Shown one piece after another: positions 57,928-64,000 of a stretch of DNA of 64,000 bases. Every line of letters begins with the position of its first letter. Position 1 is the first letter of the stretch. The stretch comes from Gemmiger formicilis (GTDB lineage: Bacteria; Bacillota_I; Bacilli_A; RFN20; CAG-826): positions 5,081 to 69,080 of the forward strand of contig CAVFXI010000034.1 in assembly GCA_963626345.1 (NCBI GenBank), in the 5' to 3' direction. The notes under the pieces were generated by a model. It had not been told where the DNA came from. It worked only from the letters and a program-made list of their open reading frames with translations, and searched no databases. A program made the position numbers and the translations under genes.

Positions 57928-58838
57928 TGATTAAAACCTATAAGGTTGAACCAGAACATCATGATTTAAGAATTGATAGGTATCTAGCACTAATAGAACC
58001 AAAGTTTTCGCGTATGCATTTTAATAATCTTATTAAAGATGGTAATGTGACCGTAAATGAAAAAGTAATCTCGCCATCATATAAAATTAAATCCATGGAT
58101 GAAATTGTTGTTAATTTTGTCGAGGAAGAATTTAATCCTGATGAAATCAAGCCTTATAAATTTGATTTGGATATTATTTATGAAGATGATGATGTAATTG
58201 TCATTAATAAACCTAAGGGTTTAGTTGTTCATCCAGGTGATGGTCATCATGATGATACATTAGTTAATGCATTAGTTTATGCTAATAAAGAATTATCAAA
58301 TGTTAATGGTTTAGAAAGAGTTGGAATAGTCCATAGAATTGATAAAGATACTAGTGGATTACTCTTAGTTTGCAAGAATAATTATGCACATATGTTTATT
58401 GCAGAACAATTGCAAAATCATTCAATGCATCGCGAATATTATGCTTTAGTGATGGGAAGAATCGAAGAAGATAATGGAAAAATTAATGCTCCAATTGCTA
58501 GAGATAAAACAAATAGAATGAAAATGTGCGTTGATCCAATTAATGGAAGAAGTGCTGTAACACATTTCACAGTAGTTCAACGTTATGAAAAATACACTTT
58601 AATTGATTGTAAACTTGAAACTGGTAGAACTCATCAAATCAGAGTTCATATGGAATATATTAAGCATCCTGTTGTTGGCGATCCATTGTATGGTAAGAAT
58701 AATTGCGGAATATATAATAATGGTCAATTACTCCATGCTTATAAATTAACTTTTGTTCATCCAACCACAAAAAAAGAGATGACTTTTGAAGCACCTCTTC
58801 CTGATTATTTTAAAGAAGTATTATCAATTATTAAATAA
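57927..58838 (+). CDS. rluD: 23S rRNA pseudouridine synthase, RluA/RluD family
   Basis: N-terminal S4 domain, catalytic HRIDKDTSGLLL, and GRTHQIRVH. Confidence 0.92.
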   Translation: MIKTYKVEPEHHDLRIDRYLALIEPKFSRMHFNNLIKDGNVTVNEKVISPSYKIKSMDEIVVNFVEEEFNPDEIKPYKFDLDIIYEDDDVIVINKPKGLVVHPGDGHHDDTLVNALVYANKELSNVNGLERVGIVHRIDKDTSGLLLVCKNNYAHMFIAEQLQNHSMHREYYALVMGRIEEDNGKINAPIARDKTNRMKMCVDPINGRSAVTHFTVVQRYEKYTLIDCKLETGRTHQIRVHMEYIKHPVVGDPLYGKNNCGIYNNGQLLHAYKLTFVHPTTKKEMTFEAPLPDYFKEVLSIIK

Positions 58839-59750
58839 ATCAATTCTTGTGATTTCTTCGTAGTTTTTAAAGTTTTGTTTACAGAACTTTGAGAAATTTT
58901 CTAATCCATATTTTTCAATATATTTCCTAGAAAATTCATTAACGTTTTCTCCTGCGCCAAATGGAATTTTCATGCCGATTTTTTTCGACATAAAGTCCAT
59001 TTCTTGTAAGAAATAATAACGAGCTATGCAACTAGCTAAAGCGACGCTAGGGAAATAAGATTCACCTTTTTCTTTAAATACTAAGCCATCTTCAATATGT
59101 TCTATGCCTTTTAAATGTTCGAAATAATTCTCTTTTGGAGTAAATTGGTCAATATATAAATTTGTTACGTATGGAAAGCGGTTGTGCAATCTAGATAAGA
59201 CATGGTTATGTAAAATACATTTAATTTTAACCATATTAAAACCACTCTTTGTTGCATTATTATATCTTTCATTACTTAATATTTTATATTCAAAATAGAC
59301 TTTCTTAAGAAGTAGTGGAACTACTTGTAAGATTTTTTGATCAGTGAATTTTTTACTATCTTTAATATTGTATTCATCAATTAATTTCATTGTTTCATGG
59401 TCGCAATATGCTGCACAAACAACGATTGGTCCAAGAAAATCCCCAGTTCCAACTTCATCACTTCCAATTTGCTGATCGACATCAATATAAAAAGGAGATT
59501 CTTTTTGAATTTTTTCTTTCTTTGCAACAAATTGAGATTCGTTAGCGTATTTTTTTGCAATCTCAAGAGCATTATCACCTTGAATTGTAACTTTAAAATC
59601 AACTTTTTTCTTGTTTAAGAAAGCTGTAATAATGTTATTATCTGTTTTAATAACAAACAAAATATATCCAATATCTCTTTGGACTATATAATTTTTGTAA
59701 TCTTCTTCGATTTGGTGAAGAGTTTTATCATTTATTTTTATCGTAATCAT
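58824..59750 (-). CDS. rnhC: ribonuclease HIII
   Basis: About 308 aa. An N-terminal substrate-binding domain followed by an RNase H fold with DEVGTGDFLGP. The ATG at 59750 is preferred; the track start at 59756 is TTG. Confidence 0.85.
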   Translation of the reverse strand: MITIKINDKTLHQIEEDYKNYIVQRDIGYILFVIKTDNNIITAFLNKKKVDFKVTIQGDNALEIAKKYANESQFVAKKEKIQKESPFYIDVDQQIGSDEVGTGDFLGPIVVCAAYCDHETMKLIDEYNIKDSKKFTDQKILQVVPLLLKKVYFEYKILSNERYNNATKSGFNMVKIKCILHNHVLSRLHNRFPYVTNLYIDQFTPKENYFEHLKGIEHIEDGLVFKEKGESYFPSVALASCIARYYFLQEMDFMSKKIGMKIPFGAGENVNEFSRKYIEKYGLENFSKFCKQNFKNYEEITRIDLFNN

Positions 59751-59796
59751 TGCCAATATTATATCATTAAATCGAGATTTATGCTAATATTGATTC

Positions 59797-62094
59797 ATGA
59801 ATTCGGTTAGACAAATTTTAGAAATAGATAAGGTTTTAGAAAAGATTTATAGATATATAAAAACACCAAGAGGAAGGTCAATTTTAGAAAATCTTGATGT
59901 TTATGATGATAAAGATAGATGTAAAGAAGAACTCGCTAAATTAAGCGAGATTATTTCGATTATTAATAAATTTAATGATTTACCAATTAATAATCATATT
60001 AATATAGAAGATGAAATTAAAAATGCTAAAAAAGGTAGCATTTTAGACGAAAGAAAATTAAATGATGTTAAAGATGTTATTCTTTCTACTAAAGAAATTA
60101 TCAAGTTTTATAACAAAATTGTTGATAAACCTACGTTATTATCGAATGATTTTGCAAAGTTGAAATTTGACGAGTCTTTATATACAAAAATAAATAATGT
60201 AATTACAGTTGACAATACAGTTTCTGATAATGCATCACCTAAATTAAGCAAAATTAGAAAAGATTTGTATAGAAGTGAAAGAGATCTTAAAACAACAATC
60301 AATAAATTATTAATTAAGAATAAGGATTTATTATCAGGTGATAATTATGTTTTGCGTGATGGTGTATTTGTTTTGCCTGTAAATTCATCATTTAAAGCTA
60401 GTGTAAGTGGTCTTGTACTTGATATTAGTGATAGTGGGCAGACAACATTTATTGAACCTTTAGAAATTGTAAGTCTTGAAAATAATAGGCATGTATTGGA
60501 AATTCAAGAAAAAGAAGAAGTTAATCGCATTTTAAAAGAATTAACAAATTTGGTTATCAAGGATGAAAATATACTTATCACTAATGATAAAATAATTGGC
60601 TATCTTGATTTTTTAAGCTCTAAAGCTCATTTTTGCAAAGAAATTAGTGGTGTTGTTCCAATTCTTTTTGATAAACAAGAAGTTAAACTATATGTTGCAA
60701 GACATCCTTTACTAGATGCAAATAACGTTGTTGCAAATGATTTTGTTTTTGGTGGCGATAAAACTATGATGCTAATTAGTGGTCCTAATGCTGGCGGTAA
60801 AACCATCGCCTTAAAGACAGTCGCAATTTTATCTTACATGACTAAGATGGGTTTACCAATTTCGGCTGGCGAAAATAGTGGTGTTGGATTCTTTAGAAAA
60901 ATTTATGTTGATATTGGTGATAGTCAATCCATCGAAAATAACCTCTCAACATTTAGTGCACATATTTCGATATTATCAGTATTATTAAAGTATATATCTA
61001 GTAAAGATTTAGTAATTATCGATGAACTTGGTAATGGAACAGATCCAAAAGAGGGCGAAGCTTTAAGTATGGCTGTTGCAAAATTCTTGCTTGATAGAAA
61101 ATGTTTAACAATGATTACATCGCATTATAATTTACTTAAACAATTTGGTTTAACAAATCCAAATGTTACAAGTGTATCATTCATTTTTAATGAAGAAAAA
61201 ATAGAACCAACTTTTAGAATTATTTACGATGTTACTGGCAAAAGCTATGGCTTTAAAATTGCTAGAAAATATGGGTTAAACGATGCCGTTGTTAGTGATG
61301 CTGAAAAGATTTATGAACAAAATTATATTGATGACAACGATAGAAAATTGCAAATTTTAGAAGATAAAGAACGATATATTCATGAGAAAAACGAACAATT
61401 GAACAAAAGAAAAAGAGAATTGGATCAATTGAATTCTGAATTAATCAAGAAAAATGATGCTTTAAAACTTAAAGAAGAGAAATTAAAAGAAAAGAAGATT
61501 GATGATTTTGATGAATATATGAATTCTAAAATAGATGAGATTGATGATATCGTCGAAGAATTTAAAACATCAAATAAAACAAAAAGCAAAGAATATATCG
61601 ATAGAATTAATTCTTTAAGTTTAACTAAAAAAGTTGATGAAAAACTTAATGTTGGAGATTATGTAAGAATTAAATCTTTAGATATGGAAGGAAAAATTAC
61701 TAGATTAGATGGTAAAAGACTCACTGTTGTTACACATGATGGATTGAGTTTAAACACAGATAAAGATAAGTGTGAAAAAATCGCAACTCCAGTTACTTAT
61801 AAACCAAAAGTTGGTAATATTGACCAAAATATTTTGGGAAAGAAAACGATCCCATTATCCATTAACTTAATTGGATACCATATTGATGAAGGTCTTAGTG
61901 CTCTTGATAAATATTTAAGTGATTGTTATGCAAGGGGATATAAGAATGTAAAAATTATTCATGGTTATGGTAGTGGACAATTAAGACAAGCTATTCATAC
62001 ACACCTGAAAAAATTTGATATAGTCAAATCTTTTAGACTTGGAGATGAAACTGATGGTGGTGCAGGTGCTACCACAATTGTTACATTAAAATGA
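59797..62094 (+). CDS. mutS2: endonuclease MutS2
   Basis: 765 aa. MutS ATPase domain (GPNAGGKT, IIDELGNGTDP), a coiled-coil linker and a C-terminal Smr domain (IIHGYGSGQLR). Confidence 0.92.
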   Translation: MNSVRQILEIDKVLEKIYRYIKTPRGRSILENLDVYDDKDRCKEELAKLSEIISIINKFNDLPINNHINIEDEIKNAKKGSILDERKLNDVKDVILSTKEIIKFYNKIVDKPTLLSNDFAKLKFDESLYTKINNVITVDNTVSDNASPKLSKIRKDLYRSERDLKTTINKLLIKNKDLLSGDNYVLRDGVFVLPVNSSFKASVSGLVLDISDSGQTTFIEPLEIVSLENNRHVLEIQEKEEVNRILKELTNLVIKDENILITNDKIIGYLDFLSSKAHFCKEISGVVPILFDKQEVKLYVARHPLLDANNVVANDFVFGGDKTMMLISGPNAGGKTIALKTVAILSYMTKMGLPISAGENSGVGFFRKIYVDIGDSQSIENNLSTFSAHISILSVLLKYISSKDLVIIDELGNGTDPKEGEALSMAVAKFLLDRKCLTMITSHYNLLKQFGLTNPNVTSVSFIFNEEKIEPTFRIIYDVTGKSYGFKIARKYGLNDAVVSDAEKIYEQNYIDDNDRKLQILEDKERYIHEKNEQLNKRKRELDQLNSELIKKNDALKLKEEKLKEKKIDDFDEYMNSKIDEIDDIVEEFKTSNKTKSKEYIDRINSLSLTKKVDEKLNVGDYVRIKSLDMEGKITRLDGKRLTVVTHDGLSLNTDKDKCEKIATPVTYKPKVGNIDQNILGKKTIPLSINLIGYHIDEGLSALDKYLSDCYARGYKNVKIIHGYGSGQLRQAIHTHLKKFDIVKSFRLGDETDGGAGATTIVTLK

Positions 62095-63857
62095 ACGAAA
62101 AATTATTAAATGAAATAAATCTTTTACCTACAAAACCTGGTTGTTATTTAATGCATGATATTGATGACAATATTATTTATATTGGAAAAGCTAAAAATCT
62201 AAAGAATAGAGTTTCTCAATATTTTAATAGACCACATACAGGTAAAACAGCAGCAATGGTTTCGCATGTTGATCATTTTGAAATAATAATAACTAGAACC
62301 GAAAAAGAAGCATTTATTCTAGAGATGAATTTAATTCAAAAGCATCTACCTAGGTATAATATTTTGCTTAAAGATGATAAACATTATCCATATATTGCAA
62401 TACATAAAGTTCAAGATCCATATATTTCAATTGCAAGAAATATTAATGATAAAAAGTGTGATTATTTCGGGCCTTTTCCAGAATCTTCAAATGCATATGA
62501 AATGATAAATATCCTTAATAAATTTTTTCCATTAAGAAAATGTCATCATGTTCCTAATTCCCCATGTCTTTATTATCATTTAGGACAATGTTTGGCTCCT
62601 TGTATTAATGAAATTTCTAAAGAAAAATATTCAAATATTATTGATGCGATTAAGCAATTCTTGAAAGGCAATAATAAGGATATTGTTGCTGAAGTAAAAA
62701 ATAAAATTAAGAAAAGTAGTGATGAGCTAGATTTTGAAACTGCCGAAGAATATAAGAAGATTTTAGATAGTCTAAATCATATTAATGATCGACAAGACGT
62801 AGAATTAATTAATAATGATGACATCGATATTTTTGGGTATTTTATTCGTGAAGGCTATGTGTCCCTTGCTATTTTAATTATTAGAAAAGGCATTTTAATT
62901 GCTAAGAAGAATTATGTTTACGAATTAATTGGTGAAATTGATGATTTTTTAACAAATGTTATCTATCAATATTATCAACATAATTTAATTCCTAAAGAAA
63001 TTGTTGTAGGTAATTCTCAAATTAAAGAATCTCTTGATTTAATCTTTGAAAATAAAGTTTCTGCTCCTACTAAGGGAAAATGTTTTGATTTAATTAATGT
63101 AGCCCAAGTAAATGCAAAAGAAGGACTTGATGAGCATTTTATGAGTGCTAGACTTGAAGATGATAAACTTAAAATTTTAGAAGAATTAGGAACATTATTA
63201 AAAATAAAAACGCCTTATAGAATTGAATTATTTGATAATTCTCATTTACAGGGCACGAATGCAATAGGCGCGATGGTGTGCTTTATAAATGGTGAACCTA
63301 ATAAAAAAATGTATAGAAAATTTAATATAGAATCAGAGAATAAAAAAGATGATCTTTCAAGCATGAAAGAAGTTTTAACAAGAAGATATTCAAGACTAAA
63401 AGAAGAAAATCAAAGTTTTCCTGATTTAATTTTGCTCGATGGTGGAATAGAACAAATTGAAGTTGCAAAAGAAGTAATGTCAAAATTAGATTTAAAAATT
63501 AATTTAGCAGGCTTAGCAAAAAGTGAAAAACATAGGACCAATTCGCTTATAAGTAGTGAAGGTGAAGTAATTGATTTAAGCAATAACAAACCATTATTTT
63601 TCATGTTAACAAGAATGCAAGATGAAGTGCATAGGTATGCAATTTCTACACATATAAACAAAAGAAATAAATCGATGTTTGCGAGTATTTTTGATAATAT
63701 TCCAGGACTTGGCGATAAAAGAATTGAATCTCTAGTGAAAATATATCCTACTATGAGTGATTTAAAAAATGCTAGTTTAATTGAATTAGAGCAAATTATT
63801 CCTAAAGAATCGGCAAAGACATTATATAATAAATTAAGAGGGAACAAAGATGAGTAA
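62091..63857 (+). CDS. uvrC: excinuclease ABC subunit C
   Basis: GIY-YIG N-terminus (GCYLMHD...IIYIGKAKNLKNRV), a UVR domain, an endonuclease V-like domain and C-terminal HhH. Its ATG overlaps the mutS2 TGA. Confidence 0.95.
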   Translation: MNEKLLNEINLLPTKPGCYLMHDIDDNIIYIGKAKNLKNRVSQYFNRPHTGKTAAMVSHVDHFEIIITRTEKEAFILEMNLIQKHLPRYNILLKDDKHYPYIAIHKVQDPYISIARNINDKKCDYFGPFPESSNAYEMINILNKFFPLRKCHHVPNSPCLYYHLGQCLAPCINEISKEKYSNIIDAIKQFLKGNNKDIVAEVKNKIKKSSDELDFETAEEYKKILDSLNHINDRQDVELINNDDIDIFGYFIREGYVSLAILIIRKGILIAKKNYVYELIGEIDDFLTNVIYQYYQHNLIPKEIVVGNSQIKESLDLIFENKVSAPTKGKCFDLINVAQVNAKEGLDEHFMSARLEDDKLKILEELGTLLKIKTPYRIELFDNSHLQGTNAIGAMVCFINGEPNKKMYRKFNIESENKKDDLSSMKEVLTRRYSRLKEENQSFPDLILLDGGIEQIEVAKEVMSKLDLKINLAGLAKSEKHRTNSLISSEGEVIDLSNNKPLFFMLTRMQDEVHRYAISTHINKRNKSMFASIFDNIPGLGDKRIESLVKIYPTMSDLKNASLIELEQIIPKESAKTLYNKLRGNKDE

Positions 63858-64000
63858 AAAGATTAAAGATCTATTTATTGATGGAATGTATGAAACCATT
63901 ATTAACCAAAAAATTAACTATAAGGATGGGGAAGATGTTCTCTATTACATTTTAAGTTTAGAAGCTATTCATAAATATGAAGATGCTTTGGATATGTATT
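63850..64000 (+). CDS. hypothetical protein, N-terminal fragment (runs off window)
   Basis: The ATG at 63850 overlaps the uvrC stop. The open frame MSKKIKDLFIDGMYETIINQKINYKDGEDVLYYILSLEAIHKYEDALDMY runs to the window edge. No family recognised. Confidence 0.4.
   Translation, partial: MSKKIKDLFIDGMYETIINQKINYKDGEDVLYYILSLEAIHKYEDALDMY

Noticed and set aside
63410-63847. 145-aa minus-strand ORF inside uvrC (same class: 850-1119, 8188-8560, 9401-9610, 14752-15153, 16239-16541, 18366-18575, 19735-19959, 25631-25864, 26072-26269, 40970-42103, 42302-42929, 43836-44024, 44790-45071, 48346-48627, 51068-51337, 55195-56186, 57747-58150, 59387-59618, 60108-60302)
   Set aside because: All lie wholly within, and antisense or out of frame to, strongly supported conserved genes. 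They lack SD or promoter context.
1-64000. TGA-as-tryptophan (Mollicutes code 4) reading
   Set aside because: mutS2 and rnhC end at TGA at the expected protein lengths, and all long housekeeping ORFs are intact under the standard code.
1-64000. CRISPR arrays, tRNA/rRNA genes, transposases, integrases, prophage or defence-system genes
   Set aside because: I looked for regularly spaced direct repeats, tRNA T-arm motifs (GGTTCGAATCC-like), and recombinase or nuclease-type ORFs, and recognised none. The only long-range repeat seen is the shared T-box 3' module. This was a visual scan, not exhaustive.

Overview
This is a visibly AT-rich (not computed), tightly packed 64-kb chromosomal segment. 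It reads as core genome of a low-GC Firmicutes/Mollicutes-type bacterium using the standard genetic code: TGA acts as a stop (mutS2 at 62092-62094, rnhC at 58826-58824) and the long housekeeping ORFs are intact. I support about 55 protein genes. They include two heterodimeric ABC exporter pairs (one under a divergent MerR-type regulator), gpmA, thrS, pfkA-pyk, the NAD salvage operon pncB-nadD-nadE, and replication genes (DnaD-domain protein, dnaI-like, and the minus-strand run ackA-nrnA-dnaE-polA-fpg::coaE). Also present are a MATE pump and an alpha-glucan block (GH13 amylase, malQ, glgB, glgP) interspersed with an Ntn hydrolase, a PHP phosphatase and small unknown genes. The rest comprises pheST, a minimal division cluster mraZ-rsmH-(small TM protein)-ftsA-ftsZ, ileS-lspA-rluD, rnhC, mutS2 and uvrC. 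Three T-box leaders are readable directly, and each specifier codon matches its downstream gene (ACC/thrS, TTC/pheS, ATC/ileS). I saw no rRNA or tRNA genes, CRISPR arrays, transposases, integrases, phage genes or recognisable defence genes, so I cannot point to a clear novel multi-gene system. The most unusual items follow. (1) The Phe T-box has no canonical terminator but could sequester the Shine-Dalgarno of an 86-aa stand-alone FakA-middle-domain-like ORF placed ahead of pheS. (2) The dcw cluster has no peptidoglycan genes and carries a triple 10-nt-phased GTGG/GTGT repeat (MraZ-box-like) between promoter and mraZ. (3) Fpg and CoaE are fused in frame. (4) The DnaI-like loader has degenerate Walker motifs. 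(5) An untracked 55-aa acidic ORF has its own promoter, SD and terminator. (6) Perfect palindromes lie in the ackA and pfkA/pncB promoter regions. (7) The thrS and ileS T-box expression platforms are near identical. All functional calls rest on motif recognition by eye; no database search was run.
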